DNA of 64,000 bases from an uncultured Pseudomonadota bacterium (GTDB lineage: Bacteria > Vulcanimicrobiota > Vulcanimicrobiia > Eremiobacterales > Eremiobacteraceae), in NCBI GenBank assembly GCA_963781145.1, contig CAWADW010000005.1, positions 504,423-568,422 on the forward strand, written 5' to 3'. The notes beneath the pieces are model-generated. The model had not been told where the DNA came from, searched no databases, and worked only from the letters and a program-made list of their open reading frames with translations. The number at the start of each line of letters is the position of its first letter. The stretch's first letter is position 1. A program made the position numbers and the translations under genes. Positions 57,269-64,000 of the stretch are shown here, one piece after another.

Positions 57269-58413
57269 GTTTTGGCGATGGCGACTGCGCGCGCAGCGCC
57301 GTCGTTCATCGTTTCAACTGCCGCAATGCCGGCGGCTTCCAAGACGGCTCGCCCTTCCTTTTCATTGGTGCCTGTGAGCCGCACGACCAGTCGATCCTTT
57401 TTCCATTTGCCACCGTCAAGGGCGGCAATCAAACCGCGTGCCACTTCATCACCGCGCGTAATGCCGCCAAAAATGTTGATGAACAAAGCCTTCACTCGCG
57501 GATCAGAGGTCACAATATCCACTGCGTTCCGAACGACATCGGCCTTTGCGCCGCCACCAATGTCGCAGAAATCGGTCGCTTCGCCGCCCGCAGCTCGCAC
57601 CGCGTCCATCGTCCCCATGACAAGTCCGGCCCCGTTTCCGATCACGCCAACGCTTTCGTTCCCTTTGCCGCTTAGGTAAGCGTAGTTGAGATTGGTCTGC
57701 CGAGCGCGCTGTTCGAGCACGTGGTCTGGCAAGTCGGTTCGCCATGCCTCGAGTTCCGGGTGACGAATCAAACCGTTGTCGTCAATGTCGACCTTCGCAT
57801 CCGAGGCGACGAGCTTCCCGTCTTTGGTGATGGCGAGCGGATTGATTTCGAGCAGCATCGCGCCGATGTCAAAGAACAGCGCGTACAGCTTACCGAGAAT
57901 CCCGACGAATTGGTTGGCGATCTCGGCTGGGATGCGGGCTTCTCGAGCGACGCGCCGCCCGATGAACGGCCAATACCCACCCGCAGGATTGATGCAGTAC
58001 TTCGCGATCGCAGAGGGATTCGTGGCGGCGACTTCCTCGATGTCCATGCCTCCCATGGCCGAGGCGATGATAATGGGGCGCTTGCTCGCGCGATCGACCG
58101 TTATGGATAGGTACAGCTCGCGTTCAATGTCCATTCGCTGCTCAATCAGGATGCGTTTGGCAACCTCGCCCTTGATATTCATGCCGAGGATGGCTTGAGC
58201 CGGTTCGCGGACGTCGTCCGCGCTCGTGCAGAACTTGATCCCGCCTGCCTTGCCTCGTCCGCCGACGAGCACTTGCGCTTTCACCACGGAGGGCGCCGGA
58301 TTCTCACGCATGATCTGCACGGCTTCCTCTACCGAAGACGCGACGCGACCACGCGGCACGGGAATGCCCGCTTTGGCAAATAGTTCTTTCCCTTGGTATT
58401 CAAGTAGACGCAT
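57265..58413 (-). CDS. sucC: succinate--CoA ligase (ADP-forming) subunit beta
   Basis: Start MRLLEYQGKELFAKAGIPVP, preceded by GGAGAG. ATP-grasp and CoA-ligase domains. C-terminus ...AIAKT*. Confidence 0.9.
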   Translation of the reverse strand: MRLLEYQGKELFAKAGIPVPRGRVASSVEEAVQIMRENPAPSVVKAQVLVGGRGKAGGIKFCTSADDVREPAQAILGMNIKGEVAKRILIEQRMDIERELYLSITVDRASKRPIIIASAMGGMDIEEVAATNPSAIAKYCINPAGGYWPFIGRRVAREARIPAEIANQFVGILGKLYALFFDIGAMLLEINPLAITKDGKLVASDAKVDIDDNGLIRHPELEAWRTDLPDHVLEQRARQTNLNYAYLSGKGNESVGVIGNGAGLVMGTMDAVRAAGGEATDFCDIGGGAKADVVRNAVDIVTSDPRVKALFINIFGGITRGDEVARGLIAALDGGKWKKDRLVVRLTGTNEKEGRAVLEAAGIAAVETMNDGAARAVAIAKT

Positions 58414-58435
58414 GACGCTCTCCGGTTGATGGGCG

Positions 58436-58467
58436 CTGTGCGGGCGATTTTCCAATCGCCCTCTACA
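58436..58467. repeat. REP-like element, family A, degenerate copy 5
   Basis: GTGCGGGCGATTTTCCAATCGCCCTCTACAT. Confidence 0.55.
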
Positions 58468-58482
58468 TATCTGTTGGTGCGG

Positions 58483-59712
58483 TCAATCCTTTTCTGCGGG
58501 GTCGCGAGTCGTGCGGGCGCCGTTGCCGCTTCTGCGCGGAGAGCGTGGCGGGCGATCGTGGCCGGTCCGTTCGTCCAGCCGCCCGAGCAGTTCTCGAGCG
58601 ATGACGATGCGCTGCACCTCAGACGTTCCTTCGTAAATCTCCGTGATCTTCGCGTCGCGATAGTACCGCTCGGCTGGAAACTCGGTTGTGTACCCGTAGC
58701 CGCCCAGAATCTGGACGCACTCGTTTGCATGCCTGCGTGCCGCAGTTGAGGCAAAAAGTTTTGCCTTGGACGACGCATCGATTGAAGGTTTGCCTCGATC
58801 GCGCAACCACGCCGCGCGATACAGCAAAAGTCGCGCCGCATCGAGGTCGACGGCCATGTCGGCAATCTTAAACGAGACCGCCTGAAATGCGCCAATCGGT
58901 CGACCGAATTGAAAACGCTCGAGCGCGTAGCGCTGCGACGTTTCGAGGCAAGCGGCGAGGATCCCCACGGCCTGCGCGGCGATCCCAAGCCGGCCAGCGC
59001 CCAAGTTGGAAAGCGCGATTTTGTATCCCGCTCCCTCTTCTGCCAGTAACCGAGCTGACTCGACCCGGGCGTCCGAGAGCACGAGATCGACCGTGTTCGA
59101 CGAGTGAATGCCCAACTTGTCGGCAACGCGCCCTATGCTCAAGCCAGCGGTCTGCTTGTCCACGAGAAATGCGGAAAGGCCCTTGGGCCCCTCTGCTCCC
59201 GTTCTGCCGAAAACGATAAGCGCAGTAGCGTATCCGCCGTTTGTGACCCATTGCTTGGTACCGTTGAGCACATATTCGTTACCGCGCTTTTCTGCTCGCG
59301 TCCGCAAACTCGACGCGTCCGAGCCAGACTCGGCTTCGGTCAGAGCGAAAGCGCCCAACCACTTCCCCGCGCACATTGGAGGCAAGTAGGTGCGCTTGAG
59401 GTCATTCGACGCAAATGCCTCGATGATGCGCGATGCAAGGCCCTGCACCGACACCGTCACCCCGACCCCCGCATCTGCGCGGCTCAACTCTTCGATCGCG
59501 AGTACCGTGCTGACCGTGTCGAGCGCCGCGCCTCCATATTCGTCGGAGGTAAACATTCCCATGATCCCGAGGTCGCCGAGTTTGCGAAAGACGTCCAATG
59601 GAAACTCGCGATCGCGATCCCACCGGGCAGCGTGCGGTGCGATCTCTGCCTTGGCGAAAGCAGCAACCATCTCGCGGACGGCCTTTTGATCGTTGGTGAG
59701 CTCAAAGTTCAT
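58483..59712 (-). CDS. acyl-CoA dehydrogenase (short/branched-chain type) with a charged C-terminal extension
   Basis: MNFELTNDQKAVREMV..., ACAD domains, YEGTSEVQRIVIARELLG, then a roughly 35-aa Arg/Pro-rich tail. Confidence 0.85.
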   Translation of the reverse strand: MNFELTNDQKAVREMVAAFAKAEIAPHAARWDRDREFPLDVFRKLGDLGIMGMFTSDEYGGAALDTVSTVLAIEELSRADAGVGVTVSVQGLASRIIEAFASNDLKRTYLPPMCAGKWLGAFALTEAESGSDASSLRTRAEKRGNEYVLNGTKQWVTNGGYATALIVFGRTGAEGPKGLSAFLVDKQTAGLSIGRVADKLGIHSSNTVDLVLSDARVESARLLAEEGAGYKIALSNLGAGRLGIAAQAVGILAACLETSQRYALERFQFGRPIGAFQAVSFKIADMAVDLDAARLLLYRAAWLRDRGKPSIDASSKAKLFASTAARRHANECVQILGGYGYTTEFPAERYYRDAKITEIYEGTSEVQRIVIARELLGRLDERTGHDRPPRSPRRSGNGARTTRDPAEKD

Positions 59713-60551
59713 GAGTAGCTAAAGAACCCGCGCCCGGTCTTCTTGCCGAGATATCCAGCGGCAACCATCTTGCGAAGCAGCGGGCACGGGCGATACTTCG
59801 AATCGCCCAACCCATCGTGCAAGACTTCCATGATGGCCAAACACGTATCCAAGCCGATAAAATCGGCCAGCTCCAGGGGCCCCATTGGGTGGTTCATGCC
59901 GAGTTTCATCACCGTGTCGATGGCTTCCGCGCTGGCGACACCTTCCATGTATGCGAAAAATGCTTCGTTCAGCATCGGCATGAGAATGCGATTGCTTACA
60001 AACCCCGGGTAGTCATTGACTTCCACCGGTATTTTATCGAGCTCTTTGACGAAACGCTTGGTGGCATCGAAAGTGTGATCTGATGTGGCCAGTCCACGAA
60101 TCACTTCCACCAGCTTCATAACCGGCACGGGGTTCATGAAATGCATGCCGATGACTCGATCTGCCCGCCGGGTCGCGGCACCGAGAAGCGTGATCGAGAT
60201 CGATGAGGTGTTGCTTGCAAGAATGGCGGGGGCGGGGAGCGCGGCATCCAGGTCTGCGAACAAGCGTTGTTTCAGGCCGGTGTCTTCACTTGCGGCTTCG
60301 ATCGCTATGTCAACCTCGATCCCTTTGGAAATCAGCGGTTGTGCGCCGATGTGCGCCTCGATCGCGCGAGCTTGCGGCTCGCTGAGTCGCTTTTTCTCTA
60401 GCTGCCTCTCGAGAGTGCGCCCGATGGACGCTTTTCCTCGCTCGATCGCCGCGGCGTCAACGTCGTTGAGAAGCACCGTATGGCCGGCCGCCGCACAAAC
60501 AAAAGCGATGCCGCTGCCCATTTGGCCGGCGCCTATGACCAAAACGCGCAT
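59709..60551 (-). CDS. hbd: 3-hydroxybutyryl-CoA / 3-hydroxyacyl-CoA dehydrogenase
   Basis: Rossmann VLVIGAGQMGSGIA, plus NTSS and the C-terminal 3HCDH domain. Start at the internal MRVLVIG. Confidence 0.85.
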   Translation of the reverse strand: MRVLVIGAGQMGSGIAFVCAAAGHTVLLNDVDAAAIERGKASIGRTLERQLEKKRLSEPQARAIEAHIGAQPLISKGIEVDIAIEAASEDTGLKQRLFADLDAALPAPAILASNTSSISITLLGAATRRADRVIGMHFMNPVPVMKLVEVIRGLATSDHTFDATKRFVKELDKIPVEVNDYPGFVSNRILMPMLNEAFFAYMEGVASAEAIDTVMKLGMNHPMGPLELADFIGLDTCLAIMEVLHDGLGDSKYRPCPLLRKMVAAGYLGKKTGRGFFSYS

Positions 60552-60592
60552 AAGATATCTTTTGTTCACGCATGCACTGTGGTGGTCCCGCA

Positions 60593-60623
60593 CAAAAAAA
60601 AGGCCGCCCGATTGGGAGCGGCC
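60593..60623 (-). terminator. rho-independent terminator (minus strand): GGCCGC-loop-GCGGCC hairpin followed by U8
   Basis: Plus strand CACAAAAAAAA GGCCGC CCGATTGGGA GCGGCC. On the minus-strand RNA this is hairpin + UUUUUUUU, upstream of hbd. Confidence 0.5.
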
Positions 60624-60892
60624 TCGTCACGGATGCTCGTCGATATTGCTGATTGACGCCTTGCTCGCGGCCATATTGAAAGGTTGCGAGCCGGTCATCC
60701 CGGCGGCGGCGCTCGCCGGATCTCCGCAGAACCGGCCACCTATGCGTCGACGGCAAACCGCCTTTGAAGAATAGCATCCGGCCGCTTGACCCTTCAAGGC
60801 AACGAGTGTTCGGCTACCCTTATGGTCTCGTCCCTAGCCGTGGAATTTTTGGAGCCAACGCCAAGAATGGAGCCTTGGTCTCAGGCTTTGTC

Positions 60893-61510
60893 CTACCTGG
60901 CGGCCCGAAGTTTAACGATCACCGCCACGACCATTAGGGCAAAATAGGCGAGGGTAATGACCTCGGCACGGGCGATAACCCGCCTGTTCCATCCCCCTTG
61001 GCGCTCGTCTCGAGGCAGTGGAGCGGAAAGCGGCACGATTCGCGCGACCGCTTGGCGATAACTTTCAAACTCGCCGCCGAAAGTTTGAGCGAGATACGAT
61101 TCTTCCAGCGGGATGATGGTGGCGTACACGCCTACGATCAAGACAGCAACAACAGCAAACATGAGGAGCGACGTCGCCATCGGCACGTTGCCCGAGAACG
61201 CAAGCCAAAAACCAAGAGCGATGATCGCATTTCCAACGTAGAGTGGGTTGCGCACGAACGCGTATGGTCCGCCAGTCACGAGTTTCGGAGCCGTGACGAC
61301 GTCCGAGCGGGTGGTGACTCCTGAATATCCGACCGCCCAGATTCGGATAAGCTCGCCGAGACCCGCAACGGCAATACCGACGACCGCGCTCCGCAGCGAA
61401 GGCGAGCCGAGTAGCACGAGAACCAGTGCCACGGGAACAAGCAGTAGGCCGCGATTTTTGAAAACCCAGGTTTGCCACTCGCTGGGAGGCGGTGCGTTAA
61501 GCCGCGGCAT
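60893..61510 (-). CDS. isoprenylcysteine carboxyl methyltransferase (ICMT)/PEMT-family membrane methyltransferase
   Basis: Multi-transmembrane protein with GPYAFVRNPLYVGN and the C-terminal EE..L...FG.E...Y motif. Confidence 0.7.
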   Translation of the reverse strand: MPRLNAPPPSEWQTWVFKNRGLLLVPVALVLVLLGSPSLRSAVVGIAVAGLGELIRIWAVGYSGVTTRSDVVTAPKLVTGGPYAFVRNPLYVGNAIIALGFWLAFSGNVPMATSLLMFAVVAVLIVGVYATIIPLEESYLAQTFGGEFESYRQAVARIVPLSAPLPRDERQGGWNRRVIARAEVITLAYFALMVVAVIVKLRAAR

Positions 61511-62456
61511 GAGAAAAATACTCGAGCATATCTGCCAAAGTGCGTTCAATTGGCGTGACGGCCCTCCAGCCCACCTGTCGCTCTATTAATGAGGGGTCGC
61601 CGCGTAGCACGGGCGTTTCTACGGGCCTCACGAGCTCGGGCTTGCGCCGAACCTCAGCTTTGACGCAGGCGATGCGCATCAACTCGCGGACGATCTCCTC
61701 CATGCTCCGATCCTTGCCGCTGCACACGTTATAGACGCAGCCGGTTTCACCAGCTTGCACTAGCCGCAGATATGCATCGACAACATCGCGGACATCGGAA
61801 AAATCGCGTCGTGGCGTGAGATCGCCAACGTCGAGCACGGGTTCTTTCTGCTTCGCCTTGATGGCCGCAATCTGGCTCGCAAACGCGGGGACGGCAAAGG
61901 CCGAACTTTGACCCGGGCCTGTGTGATTGAAAGATCTTGTTGCCATGACGCGACACCAACCGGCGCGCGCGTACTGCAGCGCAATGACCTCGGCCGCGGC
62001 CTTCGACGCGGCATACGGGTTTCGGGGAGAGATCGGAGCATCTTCGCGCAACGGCAGTTGGTCGACGCTTACCGCGCCGTACGTGTCGGACGAGCCCACG
62101 ACGAGCACGGTCGCCTTGGAAGCTTCGGCGCGAACGGCTTCGAGTAAGAACGTCGTCCCCATGACATTCGTTTCGATAGTCGAGAGTGGGTGATCCTGAC
62201 TGGCCGGCACGAAGGATTGCGCGGCCAAGTGAAAGACAACATCCGGTGCGCACGAGCGCGCGAGCGATCGCAGCCCATGTGCATCGGCGATGTCACACGT
62301 GCGCCATACGACGCGCTGCGCGAGCGTTGCGTCAAGCGTCACCAGCGCAGGTTTGGGAGCGCGAATTAAGCCTGTGACCTGCGCATTGTCGCGCAGCAGT
62401 CTACGGAGCAGCCACTGCCCGACAAAGCCGTCGGCACCAGTGACAAGCGCATGCAT
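61497..62456 (-). CDS. rmd: GDP-4-dehydro-6-deoxy-D-mannose reductase (Rmd-like NAD-dependent epimerase/dehydratase)
   Basis: GxxGxxG (VTGADGFVGQWL), YxxxK (YAASKAAAE), FNHTGPGQ; overall collinear with Pseudomonas Rmd. Adjacent to gmd. Confidence 0.75.
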   Translation of the reverse strand: MHALVTGADGFVGQWLLRRLLRDNAQVTGLIRAPKPALVTLDATLAQRVVWRTCDIADAHGLRSLARSCAPDVVFHLAAQSFVPASQDHPLSTIETNVMGTTFLLEAVRAEASKATVLVVGSSDTYGAVSVDQLPLREDAPISPRNPYAASKAAAEVIALQYARAGWCRVMATRSFNHTGPGQSSAFAVPAFASQIAAIKAKQKEPVLDVGDLTPRRDFSDVRDVVDAYLRLVQAGETGCVYNVCSGKDRSMEEIVRELMRIACVKAEVRRKPELVRPVETPVLRGDPSLIERQVGWRAVTPIERTLADMLEYFSHAAA

Positions 62457-64000
62457 TAGGCAGTGTTTCGTCGATGTCGCTCGAGGTCGGCCTCGACCAT
62501 CTTTCCTATCATGTCCTCAAAACCGACGGTTGGCGCCCAACCAAGTTTGTGCTTCGCCTTCGAAGCGTCGCCGACGAGCACGTCAACCTCGGCTGGGCGA
62601 ATGAACTTCGGATCCGGCACGACGTGTGTGCGCCAATCGAGGCCCACGCATTGAAAAGCGACTTCGACAAGCTCGCGCACGGTGCGCGTCACACCTGTGG
62701 CGATCACGTAGTCGTCCGGCCGCTCTTGCTGCAGCATAAGCCACATGGCCCGCACATAGTCGGGCGCATAGCCCCAATCGCGTCGCGCGTCGAGGTTGCC
62801 CATGTGTACGTCCTTGGCTTTGCCGAGCTTGATGCGCGCAGCCGCATCGGTGATCTTGCGAGTCACAAACTCCAAACCTCGCCGCGGTGAATTGTGAATG
62901 ACCCACTCGCCCACGCCGGCATGAAATCGCCCAGAGGTGGTGGTGAGATCGTAGAGCCATCCATCATAATCAGGGAGCGGAACAACCTTTTTGACCTCAG
63001 CGCGGTCGCGCCGAAGATGCGCGCCCTTGCCTGTGATCATCGGCGTCCGAAGGTTGATGGAATAAAAGGGACCCGGTCTTTCCCGCGGGCCTATATCGAG
63101 GTTGAGGACTGGCTCTTGGCCGAGTGCTTTGCTTGCGAGCCACCAAAGCCCCATGGCAAGAACGGGAGAATTCGTTTTGAAATTCTTAAAAGGATACCGT
63201 GGGCTGCCAGCCTTGAGGCCATCGGTCGCGTTGTATCCTTCGAGGAAGTGAACCCATGTTTGCTCGTCGCCATTCAAAACTATGGTGGGCACCCGTTTGT
63301 GACCGCTGTGCGTGTAGCACATCTCGTGCAGCCACGACGTAAAAGCGGCGTTGCCGTTGAGCGCCAGCGCCCCAACGGTTGCGCCGATATGAAATCCTGA
63401 GGCGGTGGCACTTTCGGTAGCCCAACCACAAGCGACCTGACGCCATACTTCCTCGAACCGCCGGCGGAGGGCGACGTCGTTGTTGGTAAATCTGGCCGCC
63501 ACGCGCCCGCCGGACATATAAGCAGAGCCATCACCAACAAACGCGCCGAGAAGCCATGCGAGTTCAGGTCTGATTTTGGTGACGTTTGGGGAGCACGGCA
63601 GGGAGGCTTGCAGGACACGATCGCCAGGGGCAACCAGCGCCGCCGGGCGCTCGTCTTGCGCCAGGAACACGACATGATCCGCCGTTGTGGTGATCGTTCC
63701 ACAACGGGCTTCGATTCTTGTGACCCCCTTATTGCGTTTCAAAGGAGCATGATGGTAGGCAGTTCCCTGCAGCACGTCAACAAATCGCTCGCCATCCCAC
63801 ACTTCGAGATCTTCCACGTCAAAGCGCTGGTAGGCGGGTCCTTTCGGGCGAGCATGAAGAACTTCGTCGATGGAAACGACATCGATGAGGCCGCGCCGTC
63901 GAATGATGACGGGTGTACGGCCTGGGATGCTTTCGTGGTTAAACAGGATTCCGGAGCACGCAAACAAGCCGTAGGACTCGCGATAGTTGACCGTGATCCA
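62456..64000 (-). CDS. gmd: GDP-mannose 4,6-dehydratase, intein-containing, 5' end beyond the window
   Basis: Extein N-part ...[23 protein letters not shown], then a 347-aa insert, then [14 protein letters not shown]...[22 protein letters not shown]. The extein segments are collinear with E. coli Gmd (...NHESPRRGETFVTRKIT...). Confidence 0.85.
   Translation of the reverse strand, partial: WITVNYRESYGLFACSGILFNHESIPGRTPVIIRRRGLIDVVSIDEVLHARPKGPAYQRFDVEDLEVWDGERFVDVLQGTAYHHAPLKRNKGVTRIEARCGTITTTADHVVFLAQDERPAALVAPGDRVLQASLPCSPNVTKIRPELAWLLGAFVGDGSAYMSGGRVAARFTNNDVALRRRFEEVWRQVACGWATESATASGFHIGATVGALALNGNAAFTSWLHEMCYTHSGHKRVPTIVLNGDEQTWVHFLEGYNATDGLKAGSPRYPFKNFKTNSPVLAMGLWWLASKALGQEPVLNLDIGPRERPGPFYSINLRTPMITGKGAHLRRDRAEVKKVVPLPDYDGWLYDLTTTSGRFHAGVGEWVIHNSPRRGLEFVTRKITDAAARIKLGKAKDVHMGNLDARRDWGYAPDYVRAMWLMLQQERPDDYVIATGVTRTVRELVEVAFQCVGLDWRTHVVPDPKFIRPAEVDVLVGDASKAKHKLGWAPTVGFEDMIGKMVEADLERHRRNTA
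62891..63931 (-). mobile_element. intein (347 aa) with LAGLIDADG homing-endonuclease domain, inserted between NHE and SPRRG of Gmd
   Basis: Ser1 ([10 protein letters not shown] = block A), block [13 protein letters not shown] (TxxH), LAGLIDADG motifs [15 protein letters not shown] and [12 protein letters not shown], block [17 protein letters not shown], terminal VIHN followed by a +1 Ser. Confidence 0.8.

Noticed and set aside
30371-58467. The repeated palindromes as a CRISPR array
   Set aside because: Copies are tens of kb apart, individually palindromic, of two unrelated sequence families and lack regular spacers. REP/BIME-type elements fit better.

Overview
This 64-kb window comes from a high-GC (roughly 62-65%) bacterial chromosome. 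It is densely coding, mostly on the minus strand, and dominated by housekeeping and cell-envelope genes. In order along the window:
- a partial S53 (sedolisin-like) peptidase that runs off the window start and is absent from the ORF track;
- small enzymes (a YdeI/DUF1905 protein, two SAM methyltransferases, two alpha/beta hydrolases, a tandem VOC pair);
- an S10 carboxypeptidase and a diheme cytochrome c;
- a low-GC islet of secreted proteins and lipoproteins next to secA-hpf;
- a polysaccharide deacetylase, an LCP protein, YajQ and a RodZ-like protein;
- mnmA;
- futalosine-pathway menaquinone genes (mqnA flanked by two MqnC/MqnE-family radical SAM enzymes);
- ftsK, an orphan DppC-like permease and RNase J;
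- a GntR regulator followed by an SPFH protein;
- a CIRCE/HrcA-type heat-shock promoter driving htrA, followed by dnaK-grpE-cbpA;
- acyl-CoA dehydrogenases and metE;
- acs;
- a ctpA x2 / envC-like M23 / ftsX / ftsE division module;
- a large TonB-dependent receptor;
- sucD-sucC and a bcd/hbd beta-oxidation pair;
- an ICMT-family methyltransferase;
- rmd and gmd (the GDP-D-rhamnose route).
No rRNA, tRNA or CRISPR array was seen.
Notable non-coding and unusual features:
1. Two families of GTAG-headed palindromic REP-like elements, 9 copies in total, include a three-copy BIME-like cluster. Two copies donate the TAG stop codons of acs and sucC, and one sits inside the signal-peptide coding region of the envC-like gene.
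2. A 347-aa LAGLIDADG-type intein is inserted in the conserved NHE|S motif of GDP-mannose 4,6-dehydratase.
3. The GntR gene has a perfect sigma70 consensus promoter with a palindromic operator.
4. RNase J and GntR both have conserved N-termini that continue upstream of any canonical start codon. In RNase J an in-frame TAG sits exactly at the expected start.
5. A roughly 48%-GC lipoprotein gene is bracketed by 20-bp perfect direct repeats that duplicate the secA 3' end.
6. More than 15 single-base (+1) frameshifts lie between 31.5 and 56 kb, in dnaK, metE, ftsE, an ACAD, the SPFH gene, the TBDR and others. The flanking 31 kb and 8 kb are clean, which points to localized sequence or assembly errors rather than true pseudogenes.
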